Of a DNA stretch of 64,000 nucleotides, positions 1 to 12,603 are shown in pieces. Every line of letters starts with the position of its first letter. Within the stretch, counting starts at the first letter, position 1. A model generated the notes under the pieces. It worked only from the letters and a program-made list of their open reading frames with translations. It ran no database searches and was not told the DNA's origin. A program made the translations under genes and the position numbers. Source of the stretch: Eledone cirrhosa (taxonomy: Eukaryota); assembly GCA_964016885.1 (NCBI GenBank), contig OZ024743.1:201500001-201564000 (forward strand). Direction: 5' to 3'.

Positions 1-150
1 ATAACATCATCATCCTCATCACTGTTTAACGTCCATTTTTCCACATTAGTATGGGTTAGATGAGTTGTTCTATGCTCACATCAGGACAACTCGTCTAACC
101 CATGAAAGCATGGAAAAATGGATGTTAGATGGTAATGATGGTGATGATGA

Positions 151-261
<111 letters not shown>

Positions 262-382
262 TATATATATATATATATATATTTATTAAAATAACAGATT
301 AAAGTTTAAGCAAAGAATCGCTGCTTTCACCCTTAACGGGATCTTCTGAAACTAACAAAGTCAATCTGTAAACGCAGAATAT

Positions 383-1440
383 ATATAAAGATTTACATAT
401 ACACAAACTAGATAAAGTGATAGATATGTTTTTGGCAACCATTCACGATGTGGCTTAATGATGAATTAATAAATTAAATAATCAGAGCAATATACTATAA
501 ATTATGTCCTTAGAATCATTTGATAAAATATATACTCAATTTCCTCTCCCAATTAGTATAATCAACCACACAAAAAAACAATTAAACCAGGCTATAAGAT
601 TAAAAGGCACCTGTGAAAAAATAATAGATAAATAAACGATAGCCATCTATTCGCGGTCAACAGCCATAGAATATTTACCAAGCATTTCAATAGCACATGG
701 AAATCGATTAAATATATCGTCAACCATACACAATTAGGTATAAAATTAAAGTTAGAAGAAAAAATGCATATACTCTGATTATTTAATTTATCATTGAGGC
801 ACATCGTGAATGGTTGCCAAAAACATATCTATGACTTTATCTAGTTTGTGTATATGTAAATCTTTATATTTGATAATCTCTCATAAGGTTGAGATGCAAT
901 TTAGGCAATATTAGGCTGCGCTTTCTAGCAACCAGCCTACTAGCCATAAGGCACCAATCACATTCTTTCTAACTTGACCACTGCCATGTCACAGTTCTTA
1001 GCCATTTTGAATTTGTTTCTGGCGGGGATCATTTAAGAAAAATCTTTGTCCAAGTGAGTTTGTTTCCTGATGAGTTGGAAGCTCGAGAATTTATCCTTGA
1101 TAGGATATTTCCGAAAGTGAATGAAACCCTAAAGGGTAGAAACGTAATCCTAGTATGTGTATATGCATTTTTTCTTCTAACTTTAATTTTATACCTAATT
1201 GTGTATGGTTGACGATATATTTAATCGATTTCCATGTGCTATTGAAATGCTGGGTAAATATTCTATGGCTGTTGACCGCGAATAGATGGCTAATATTTAT
1301 TTATCTATTATTTCTTCAAAGGTGCTTTTAATCTTATAGCCTGGTTTAATTGTTTTTTTTGTGGTTGATTATACTAATTAGGAGAGGAAATTGAATATAT
1401 ATTTTATCAAATGATTCTAAGGACATAATTTATAGTATAT
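383..1440. mobile_element. Unclassified (TA)n-embedded repeat (family F) with internal inversions
   Basis: 383-455 is inverted at about 790-870 and about 490-772 is inverted at about 1160-1440. A homologous fold-back copy lies at 58955-59798. Confidence 0.7.
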
Positions 1441-2585
1441 ATATATATATCATAATTATCATCCCCATCACCACATCCACCACCACCACCATCCTCATCA
1501 TCATTATCATCACCGTTTAATGTCCATTTTTCTATGCTAGTATGGGTTAGACGAGTTGTCCCATTGTGAGACAAGTCAGATCAGGTGTGTATATGTGTTG
1601 GCAAAGCTACAATTAGTTAAATTTGGTGAGTGTTATTGGTTGTGGTAGTTGTGATGGTGGTAGTAGTAGTAATATTAGTGTTGTTGCTGATGGTGGTAGT
1701 GGTACTGTTTGTGGTGTTGGTGATCATAGTGATGGTGATGGTTGTGATGGTGGTAGTAGTGGTGGTAGTGGTAGTGGTGGTGGCTGTGATTAGAAATAAT
1801 TTTATTCATGGAGGTGGTGTTGTTTGGCATTATAACCATACATGGTTACAGAACAGCTGAGTGACAAACTAAGATAACTCCTCCTCATGAACATTATCAA
1901 AATAATCACTTTCACCACCAGCACAAAATCATCACCCGCACCATCATCAGCACCACCACCAACACCACTATCATGATGATGATCATCATAATTAACACAA
2001 TCACCCCTTCCTCCTTTTACCATTATCATAATCAGCATCATTCTTTTAAGATCAATTTTTCAATGCTAACATGAGTTAGAAAAGTTTTATTGTTCCTTAG
2101 TTAACTTGAGTGTGGATTTCAAATCTCACTTAATCTACCTTGTATATGTCTGCTAGATTTTCCCCTTTGACTATAGCATAATTCCACTGTCATTTCATGA
2201 CATACTTCATCCAGAGGATGTCATCCAATTACATCATATGTTTACACTAAAGCTACCTCTTCATAAGCACCCAACATACACACCATACTTTTAATACCCA
2301 GTTATGTTACTAGTTCACTTGTGCTGTTTTATATAGTGAATAGCTAGATTAATACATTTCATGCCAATTGAGACAAAACTGGTTCTAGCTATATATATAT
2401 ATATAAAAAAAAAAAGACCCCTTCCTATAAGAACAACACAATTTATTCTGTTTCGAATAAGGTTTCCCAACTCTTGATGAAGGGATTTTAATCCGAAATA
2501 TTAAGTACTTGAAGGTAACATTTAAACAACTTTGTTATTATTACATGTAATGTCCTATTTGTTAACTACAACACCTCATTCCAAT

Positions 2586-3075
2586 ATTTAAATTAAAGTC
2601 TTCCAACATAATTTTATAACAGCCAAGTACTATCTTAGTAATGATATAATAAATACTTTTAGTAAATTCCTTAAAATTCTTGATTAATTAATTGAAATAA
2701 AGTGTATTTCATTAAAAATATGGTCACAAAACAGTTAAGGGTTCCTATTTAAATTAAAATCTTCCAAAATAATTTTATTCAAGAACCATATGTTACTATC
2801 TTAGCAATGAAATAATTAATAATTTTAGTAAATACCTCAAAAATTCTTCATTAATTAATTGAAATAGAGTGTATTTCATTAGAAATATGATCAGAAAACA
2901 GTTAAAGAGCTCCTATTTAACTAAAAACTTCCAACATAATATTATTTAAAAAATATATTTTAAGTTACTATCTTAGTAATCAAATAATTAATAATTTTAA
3001 GTAATTAATAATTTAAAAATTCACTAATTAATTGAAATAGAGTGTATTTCATTAGAAATATGGTTACAAAGGTGT
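2586..3075. repeat. Three diverged tandem units of about 160 bp
   Basis: Recurring TACTATCTTAG...TTAATTAATTGAAATA(G)AGTGTATTTCATTA(G)AAATATG. Related dispersed sequence at about 5200-5340 and about 47650-47790 (reverse). Confidence 0.75.
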
Positions 3076-3717
3076 AATACCAGCTGCTTTTTTAGCTCTG
3101 GTATTCTGTTTCATATGATTAAAAGCTAGATTTATTAAACAAGTTCCAAATAATGTAGTTATTGTTTAGCACAAGTCAACCTTAACTGAACAGACCTATG
3201 ACACAGTTTCTGAAATGTGAGGGTTAAGTATAATTGGTTATATTGACATCACGATTCCACAGATACCTATTTTATTGACCGCATGGAAGGATGAAAAGCG
3301 AAGCTGATTAATATTATTAATTGATATTAAATTATATTTTTATTTCATCTATCTCCCTTGTTACATGCATTTCTGCATGTATGGACATATATGTTTTCAT
3401 TGATCTTGAATTTATTAGAAGCAGTAATTTTACATATTAACTGAGTTGTGTTTGTTATTTTAAAAAAATTAATAAAAATTCTATATATTTAAGTATGCAT
3501 ATAACATCAATTAGAAAATATTTCAGCCTATTTTCAAACATTAGATCATTCACAACGTATACGTCATTTTAATTTTAATGAAAATTCCAAAGACATTACC
3601 CATGAATTGATCAGGATTAGCGTTATTTAGAAAATTCCCTTTAGACCATAGTAAAATATATTGCATCTTCGTACAAAACTGGCTTCATAGCCAGTTTTGT
3701 GGATAAAATTATATGTA

Positions 3718-3875
3718 TCATCATCATCATCATCATCGTTTAACGTCTATCTTCCACGCTGGCATGGGTTAGACTGGTCCTATTTAGAGGCAAGTTGGGT
3801 CAGGTGACCATGTCTTGCTCATATAGGGGTGGTTCTGGCTGGTTTTCTATGGCTGGATGCCCTTCCTAATGCCAA
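3718..3875 (-). mobile_element. RTE-type 3' UTR fragment with (GAT)n tail
   Basis: Plus strand reads (CAT)n-CGTTTAACGTC..GCATGGG...GGATGCCCTTCCTAA, the reverse complement of the RTE 3' end at 24700-24865. Confidence 0.7.
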
Positions 3876-6800
3876 TATATGTATATATATATGTATATAC
3901 ATACATTAAAGCCAAAATCAGTTCTGTATGAACAAGACTTGGTCCCCTGACCTAGCATTGTCCATAACAGGACAACTCATCTAACCCATGCTAGTGTGGA
4001 AAATAGATGTAAAATGGTGATGATGATAATATGTATTTATATATGTAAATATGTAAATAGTACACACACAAATTTAGTATATATATATCATCATCATCTT
4101 TGAGAGGACATTTCAGTCTGGATGAGAATGTAACATCCCTAGTGCTGGTGATATAGAAAATGTGCCCAGTACATTTTCTAAACTGGTAGTGGGGGTACCA
4201 TAAAATAACACACCCAGTAACTTCTATAAGACAGTTGGTTAGCATTAAGAAGAGTATCAACCAATAGAAACTATGCCAAATATGAAATATATGAGCAAAA
4301 GTGGGTTGATCCAACTTGCCTGATGTTGGACTGTAACAACCCATTCAATATATACCAGCATGATCACCAGCTGGAAAATTATGATGATGTTGGTGTTTGA
4401 TGACTGTTTGTTTTATTTCTGAAAAATTATCTTTTTATATAGAGGTAAAATTCTATCATAAAACATTGGAATTAAAAGGGCATAAATATAGAATATAAGA
4501 CCAATAAATTTCAGAATTATAACCAAATTGTTTGGTCCCACACTTGTATGAAAAAGTTGCTGCTATTTTTCGTTACCCATAAAATATCAAAAAGCGGTAG
4601 TCATCTTCTTGCTAGCATGATACTTTTATGCTTGGATTCACTAATGGATATATAATTCCCACTGAAGATTAAAGCTTTTTGGAATAAACCTTTGGTAATT
4701 GAAGGGTAGAAATCAATAATATCGAACTTGGTGAATTTATATTAGTGTCTATTGTTAATGTTATTAAACTAATTTATAACAGAAATACTATTGTTCCATA
4801 AGGTTAGAATGGAAGTTGTTTTAATTTGGAGGAATATTTTGTCTAAGATCTTTTTACTAACAATACTGAATTGAATTTAGGAAGATCATTTCTTCTTGTT
4901 GACTGGTAGTTAAAATATTAATTCAATGTTTCTTAATTTATACAAAATCACCCAACACTTCTCTTGATTGTATGACAGAAAACTGCATATTTTAATCTGT
5001 GTATTATCATCATAATTTTTACGTCCACATTTCAATACTGACAAAAGGTTGGATGGTACTTTTTGAGGCAATGTTTTACTGCTGGATGCCCTTCTTGATG
5101 CCAATCTTTTCAGTCACCTCTTACAACATGCAGGGATATGGAACATCTATTTTAAAAATTGGATATCTAAAAACTGTCCATCATAATTCTATCTACGTTA
5201 AATTATTAAGTTATGCCCCAATCACTAGGTAAATAATGAGAAAGTAAATTATATTAAAACATCACTCAAAATTCTTGATTATTTTCATTCAAATTAATTT
5301 GAATATCATAGGCAATGTATTTCATTAGAACTGTGATACAAAATACATATTTTACATAGATCTAATATTTCAATTGTCTTATACCTTATATTAGCAGTGA
5401 TATCTTCTAAAATCTAAATTAATTAAAAGTAGTATATTCCTAATTTCTTTATTTTTATCCTGGTTTCAGTCATTCTACTGAGGTCATGCTGGGGCACCAC
5501 CTTCATTTAGTCGATCATATTGACTACAGTACTATTTTTTCATGTCTGGTGCTTATTTTATCAATCTCTATTTTGCCAAGCCACTAAGTTATAGAAAATA
5601 AACACAGACACAAACATAAATACAGAATTCTGAATTTAATGTGATGGTGGCTAATTCATTTTGCAATGTATCAATGATTATGCAATGGATGCTGTTATGA
5701 AAAAAATCAACAACATATTCAAAGTATTAGATTTTAAGATGGCAGCATGATATGAATGTAACTATATTTAATTTCTGAAATATAACTTTTGGTTTTAGCA
5801 CTAGCAAATACAGTCTTTATAGTAAAACTAATGAGAAATTGTAAAAGAATAGAAGAATGCACACATGTATGCACACATGCAACACACACACATATTCATC
5901 ATCATCATCATCATTTCATGTCTGTTTTTTTTTACTGACTGGATTAGTCTGGCTGTTATAGGATAAATCAGTTCTTACTCTCATCTACAGCTCTCTTAGG
6001 TGGATTGAGGAAATGTATTTCACTCAAATACACTCCATTTTGGCATGATTCCTATGGCTTTCCAATAGCAAACAGTCTGCAGAGTTTACTTGGTGCATTT
6101 AATCATATAACCAGCACCAGAAGGGATGTCTTGTCCTTGGTGTAACTGAAGAGTTCTATATACCTGTTTTTGACAGGTTTTATAGCTGAGTGTTATTCTC
6201 AATGCTAATCACTTTGCAGAGTGTACTGGGTGTATTTAATCTTGAAACTAGCAGCAGAATGGATGTATTGGCTTTTGATGCAATTGCAGAGTTGTCTCTA
6301 CCCTTTTTTGATATGGTTCTGTAGCAGGATAACCATCCAAGTGCCAACCACACACAGCTAACTTCAATAGGATTTGAAACTACATCACAAAGAGGTGGAA
6401 TAAATACTAGAAAACACTATGTCTGACACTGTAACGCTTTTGCTAAATGACAGCTTAATCATGGCTAACAGCAGTAGTAGTTCTACAATATTTGAGTATA
6501 TTGTACATTTTAACTCTTCAAAGTATCATGTCACATGCATCTCGTATAGACCCTGGAATTCCAGAATCTGTTTCATACATTTAATATCTACTCAACTTTC
6601 TAGCAGGCTATAAAATTCACAAGACAGATATATACAACTGCAGATTTAAAATCAGATATGATATTCAGTTATATGTTTAACAATTGTCTTAATGGTTGAG
6701 ATGATATATGAGATTGTGTTTGTTCGAGAACTTCTGCTTGGCACTTTAAATTTATCTGATATTTAGAATAATATTCAGTCATTAAATGGGTCTTGTTGCT

Positions 6801-7058
6801 ACACTTTTATCACACTGTCCCACTGTCCCTTTGCTCTTTGTGCTTTATGGCAATAGTATTTTGTGCATGTATGTGACTGTTTATGCTTATGTATGTATAT
6901 ATATGTGTGTGTGTGTATATATATGTATATATGTATATATGTATATATATGTATGTACGTGTATATATATATATATATATATATCATCCTCATTATCGTT
7001 TAACATCCATTTTCCATGCTACAATATATATATTTGTGTATGTATATATTTGTGTGTG

Positions 7059-7116
<58 letters not shown>

Positions 7117-7118
<2 letters not shown>

Positions 7119-7290
7119 GAAGTTATATTTAATTTGCCGGGATACAACAAGCAAATATGTTTATAACTGATATAAAGCACTCAACAAATTATTGGAGTAA
7201 AAATACGATATATTAACAAATGGAAACTATATTTATTATATAACTATAATATGGTTTTATAAATATAGTTTCCATATGTTAATATATCGT
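7117..7290. mobile_element. Family A 3'-end fragment with short fold-back, in (TA)n
   Basis: Matches the reverse complement of 21090-21224 and matches 62008-62135. 7205-7237 is inverted at about 7258-7290. Confidence 0.75.
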
Positions 7291-7367
7291 ATATATATAT
7301 ATATATATATCAATGATATTAATAAATGGAAACTATCTTTATAAAACCATATTTATTTTATTATATA

Positions 7368-8376
7368 CTAGCAGTGGTACCCGGCGTTGCACAGGATAAG
7401 GTATTTTGGAACACGGGCCGTCAACAGACCTAATCGTGGAAAAACTGCATGCCTCGACAATATATAAAGAAAATAAACTGAATACTCTGATGGCTGGATA
7501 ATCTTTAAGATTTTCCTCGATGATGCAGGAAAAATGCAGGTTTTCACCTAATGCGGGCTCTAGGGCATCAAGAAAATGAATTTTTTTTATGTGCATAATA
7601 TACCTTGAAATTTCGGGAAAATCGGCTAGACGTAACGCCTAAAAAAAGCCCTATAAAGCTGAAAAAATGAAGTTTTTCACCTAATGCGGGCCCTAGGCCA
7701 TAACAAAGTTGGATTTTCTTTGCTCATCTACAATACTAAGCGGTAAAATAGTAACTTTTGTTCTCGTAAAGGCACGTAAGTAAGCAACACTGTGTAAACT
7801 GAAGTTATTATAGCAATGTTTTTCTTTACCGGCTTTAATTTTTAGTGTTGTGTGAAATATATAACCGCCTTAGCTAAGCTTAGTATTGCCACAACCACAG
7901 CTGGCAAAGAAGTAAGGCTCTGGTGGTATGTAAGTAAGCAACACTGTTGCTTAAAACGTGAGGAAGAAGTTGTGTGCATTTACCAACTGTTTGGGGAATG
8001 AGTGAGATTTGTCTTGAGCAAGGGTGGCAGAATAACCGGAGGCAGCAGACAGCCAGACATACAGACAGATATTATAAGGGCGTGTTCTGGATGCAGAGGA
8101 AAGTGTGGGCAGTGACGTAATGCAGACAGCCAGATATACAGACAGATATTATAAGGGCGCAACGTTATATGTATGTATCTATCTAAAAAGAGAAAGACTA
8201 AGAATTATAGAGAGAGATCGTTAAATCGCCTAATGCGGTCCCTAGGACATTGAAGCTTTGAAATTTCTTTGCTCAGAAAACTCCCTGAAACATAAGTATT
8301 ACATGTGTAATGTTTCAAAACAGTCGGTTGGGTACTTCTCGAGTTTTAGGGATTCAAAGTTTTATATATATATAGA
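7368..8376 (-). mobile_element. Non-autonomous Helitron (about 1.0 kb)
   Basis: The minus strand starts TCTATATATATATAAAA and ends with hairpin CCTGTGCAACGCCGGG then ...GCTAG. It is inserted between A and T with no TSD, and the flanks rejoin into contiguous family A sequence. Internal repeats: CCTAATGCGG x3, GCAGACAGCCAGA..AAGGGCG x2. Confidence 0.85.
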
Positions 8377-8424
8377 TATTTCAAGGGCACCAAGATTTTT
8401 GGTACGCACTCATCAAATAAAATA
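8377..8424 (-). ncRNA. Hammerhead ribozyme remnant (family A), split by the Helitron, with C3>U
   Basis: TATTTTAT-TTGATGA-stem II-GAAATA here. The remaining TATATA-ATAAAATA lies at 7354-7367. Confidence 0.7.
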
Positions 8425-8550
8425 CAACATTTTTTTTATAGAGAGTGACGTATCCAAAACAAGAACTTATCATTTTAAGTTCAATTTGAATTGAACTTAA
8501 AACGATAAGTTCTTGTTTGGGATATGTCACTATCTGTAAAACATCTTTTG

Positions 8551-8614
8551 TATTTTATCTGATGAGAGCATACCAAAAATGTTGGTACCCTTGAAATATA
8601 TATATAATAAAATA
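8551..8614 (+). ncRNA. Type I hammerhead ribozyme motif (family A)
   Basis: TATTTTAT CTGATGA GAGCATACCAA-AAATG-TTGGTACCCTT GAAA TATATATA TA ATAAAATA. Stem I is 8 bp and the core is intact. Confidence 0.8.
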
Positions 8615-8621
8615 AATAAGG

Positions 8622-8672
<51 letters not shown>

Positions 8673-8678
8673 TAGAAA

Positions 8679-8815
8679 TAGCCGTTGAAACGGCTTGAGA
8701 TCTGCTGTCAGGGTCCTGAACCTTTTCCTATTACCCACTCTACTACCCAAAGTATTGAGTACTCTGGTGCGTTATGGTCCACCTGGTTCCTAACCACCCC
8801 TCATTGCCCTTCTGG
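8679..8815 (+). mobile_element. Family D short repeat carrying the 3' half of a hammerhead
   Basis: GAAACGGC..GCTGTC-AGGGTCC. Homologous to 15812-15860, 21252-21362, 27225-27344, 49078-49296 and 56680-56785. Confidence 0.65.
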
Positions 8816-9454
8816 AATGTACATCTACATTGGTTATAAATATTTCACAGGGACAATAAATATTAACCTTTGTCACCTCGCATCTAAAACCACAAGCTGT
8901 CCTATCAAACATCTCTCACTGTGACTATCAAATGTAACATTAAAACAATGATAAAATATATTTTTATTTTATTGTGTGTTTAACTGCAGCTTCACTCTGA
9001 TTGATGAAATCTATGATCAAAAGTATTTCAAGCTTAATCTAAGCTCACATTTATATATTTTTAATTCAGACATAGTACATCTAAGACTAGATTATTCAGT
9101 GTGTCCTTCCTTTTAAAATATAATTATAGTGTCATTTCAAAGGGAATTACTTACTATTTTTAATGGATCAAGAGTCCCAGTAATTATTTTTTCCAAGCTC
9201 AGCGCTTATTCTATTAATCTCTTTATTTGTCAAACTGCTAATTTACAGGACATAAAGACAGATACAAACTTAAACATAAACATGGATGTGGACACACACA
9301 CGCATACTCAAACATACACACACACACTCACAGACACACAAACATACATACACATATCACACACGCACATCACACATATATATAAATGCAGGATATCTGT
9401 AGATAAAAAGCCAAGGAAAATAATGCACAATCTGTTGCAAGCGAGCTTATTTAG

Positions 9455-9697
9455 TATAGTTAAAATTTCATATACTTAAAATGTATGCATGACCTGTTTC
9501 AGGGTTCAATTATGGCCACCACTGTATAATGGAGGAGCCATTTTAATACTGGTCAGGTCCCTCATCAGGAAAAAGTTATGAAGAAAATCCATTAGCCCAC
9601 TAAATATGAAATAGCTCCACTATTCAGTGGTGGCCATAACTGGATACCAAAACCTAAGGTTGTGCTTACATGTTAAGTGTATGAAATATTAATTATA
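9455..9697. repeat. Imperfect fold-back element with a hammerhead-like core on the minus strand (9488-9571)
   Basis: Arms at about 9455-9545 and 9608-9697. The minus strand has CTGATGA GGG...CCC T GAAA CAG GTC, but stem I does not pair. Confidence 0.55.
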
Positions 9698-10713
9698 TAT
9701 ATATATATGAATATATATATATATGAATGTATGTATAGAAGTATACATATGAATATACATATGAATGTATGTATAGTATATTTGATAATATACTGTATGT
9801 TTAATTAAAAATATTTTTAAGACCATTCGTTATTAACTTTAAAGTAGTGATTAAAGTCACTTACTTATTCTCAGCAAAACAAAGGGGAATAATTGGCAGT
9901 CCTGTTTCTCGCTCGTTAGCGGATATCAAGACTACTCACCCCTTCGCTTCTGCCGAGAATTATAGAAGCTGGATTCTTATAGAATTCCAGTAATGTTTAA
10001 GAGCTGATTAAACTTAATATATTAAACTTAAGCCAAAATCTCATTTTGGTGGGATATAAGTCAAATTGGCTAAAAAAAAAAAAGAAAAAAATCAGCCTTA
10101 ACTTATGTAATACCCTGAACATGGCTTCTGAAATCAATTCAAGATACAACATCAGGAACTCCAACAAATATTAAATTCTTCCAATATTGTATATATATAT
10201 ATATATATATATAAAAAACATGAGAAGAAAGAAGAATACTGCGTGGTTTGCACATGGGTTACATATGATAAAAATAGTCCTTCGTCAGTGATTTTCCAAC
10301 CATCATTGGTATTTCATCGCATTAAAAATCAGATACCTCAGGTTGGTGTGAGCAATAACTAAAAAAAGTTATTGGGACCAGTAATTCGCGTAAAGTGAGG
10401 GGGACAAGTATATATATATATATATATATATATAAACCATCTATTATATTATATTATATTCTATATCGTACTGTAATTCTCGCATTATATTACCATTTGT
10501 GTTTCAAGTTTTTGCATTATACAATATTTGCAATGTGGGTTCAACATGTTAATCACTTCCTTGCTATTTGGTCCATATCTATGTTTGTAACTGCTCACTC
10601 TTAATCTTAGCCAACTTTTCCTTGATATCTTTCCTAAGCTTTAATAGATGTATACTCCATATTCTTCTGAGTTTTTGGCTTGTATTGGCCGATAGTGCTT
10701 CTTGTAGCTTTAC

Positions 10714-10755
10714 TTGCCCTGATGAGTCCTTAATAGGACGAAACATTGTTGGCTA
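10714..10755 (+). ncRNA. Minimal type I hammerhead ribozyme motif
   Basis: GCC CTGATGA GTCCT-TAAT-AGGAC GAAA C-ATT-G TT GGC, followed by AATAAA. Confidence 0.75.
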
Positions 10756-10902
10756 ATAAAGACTTTTGATGTATTGAAGGCTTCTTTGATTTATTTTTTA
10801 TAATTCTTCGGCTCTGTTTAATTACATTGAGCTATATCTTATACTGTCATTTCTATGATATGAAGAGGGTGTTTAACTCCAACACACTCTAGTATTTTAA
10901 TT

Positions 10903-10988
<86 letters not shown>

Positions 10989-11082
10989 TGAAGTAATTCC
11001 GTTGGAAAGGTACAGGAAAAAAGAGTGCTCTATGTAGGTTACAGAGCTTATTAGTTATGTAATGAACAACATAAGATAATTA

Positions 11083-11142
11083 TTTCATTTACCAGTGATT
11101 TCTTGAAAGCAAGCAAATCTGCTTTCAGTCATCAGAATGAAA
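11083..11142 (-). ncRNA. Type I hammerhead ribozyme motif
   Basis: Minus strand: TTTCATT CTGATGA C-TGAAAGCA-GATTTGCT-TGCTTTCA-A GAAA TCACTGG TA AATGAAA. Stem I 7 bp, stem II 8 bp, GUA site. Confidence 0.8.
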
Positions 11143-11338
11143 AAATCCTGGTGTTTTTATTGAAAGTGGATTTGAAAACAAAAATATAAGAAATATGAAA
11201 GTGAGGCTGAGGGAAGAAGAAAAAAGATTATAGATAATAAGTATATAAACACACACACACACACACACACGCAATAATACATATATATATATATATAAAT
11301 ATACATACACACACATAAATACACATACACACACACAT

Positions 11339-11371
<33 letters not shown>

Positions 11372-11638
11372 CATACACACACACATAAAAAAATAAGCAG
11401 TCACATCAACAGGCATAGACAAATACATATACATGAAGTCATAATAATAAATAAATAAAAGCAAAAAGTAATTAAAGTCAAATATAAAAATAAAAAATGA
11501 AAAAATACCACTTTGACAACGATACGAGAGAGGAAAAAACAAACAAAAATAAACACACACACGTGGTAAGCAATTGCACAAAAAAATGAATATATATATA
11601 TAAGAAGAAATTTAAAAGATGGTTAAAAACGTTCCATA

Positions 11639-11709
11639 TATTTTATTATGCGCATTTCAAAAACAAATATCATCCTGGGATGATAGTTGCATTCTCATCA
11701 GATAAAATA
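11639..11709 (-). ncRNA. Type I hammerhead ribozyme motif with palindromic stem III
   Basis: Minus strand: TATTTTAT CTGATGA GAATGCAAC-TATCATC-CCAG-GATGATA-TTTGTTTTT GAA ATGCGCAT A ATAAAATA. Confidence 0.8.
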
Positions 11710-11781
11710 AGGTAACATGATATGATGCCTAAAAATAACACTTGTGAACAAGGAAGTGTACAGTCAATAAAACTCACCTCC

Positions 11782-11819
<38 letters not shown>

Positions 11820-12087
11820 CATACATATATACACACACATATGTAGAGCACAAATATATACACAAATAAGTACATACATACAAATATATATACACATATA
11901 TATAAACACATATATATGTATGTATATATATATATATATATATATCTTAAGGTTTGTTGGTTCACCACTGGATAGAACTGGTCATTCCGTATGGTCAATC
12001 CTGGTGTAATATTGTGAAGAGTACTCAACGCAGTGCAGTTCACCCATCTTCGTTTCTGTAGTTGGTGGTGCGAATACGGAGTTCATT

Positions 12088-12142
<55 letters not shown>

Positions 12143-12146
<4 letters not shown>

Positions 12147-12475
12147 GAAAATATAGAAATTAATGTGAGCAAGAAGCCAACAGTATTTCATAATATATAA
12201 GTGACTATAACGTCAAAATGGAAAATAATTAACGTAAGATATGGGAAAATAATTCAAACTCAATTAAAAAAAAATAAACACAAAGATTTTATCCACAGAT
12301 TTTGTGAAATCCATTGAAAAACCAATAGAGTCTTAACTCAGAATAAATAAAGCTTAAATACTCATCCTTCAATTTGGAAAAACTACAAATGCTCTATATA
12401 GTCTTAAAAAGACTATTTCACAAACTTTTCAGTGGGGATGGTCACGGTTGGCATCGTTCATCAGTAGAGTTCAAA
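12143..12475 (-). mobile_element. Family C (TA)n-embedded element (hammerhead plus about 250-nt 3' tail)
   Basis: Colinear diverged homolog at 35803-36140. Both copies abut (TA)n. Confidence 0.75.
12392..12469 (-). ncRNA. Type I hammerhead ribozyme motif (family C)
   Basis: Minus strand: CTCTA CTGATGA ACGA-(30 nt)-TTGT GAAA TAGTCTT-TTT-AAGACTA TA TAGAG. Confidence 0.8.
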
Positions 12476-12522
12476 TATATAAAAAGGTAGAAGGGATATT
12501 CAATTTGTTGGAAATCCGACAA

Positions 12523-12603
<81 letters not shown>

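Noticed and set aside
310-355. Minus-strand CAGAAGA TCCC-GTTAA-GGGT GAAA
   Set aside because: Core mismatch, no UH site and no stem I. It may be a relic but is unsupported.
1066-1092. CTGATGA GTT-GGA-AGC TCGAGA motif (also about 59275-59295)
   Set aside because: No GAAA in register and no stem I or III in either copy.
1200-1270. Possible hammerhead in family F (TTGACGA...GAAATG..ATT CTATG)
   Set aside because: The core deviates (TTGACGG in the 59.46-kb copy), and the supposed core strand pairs inside a simple hairpin.
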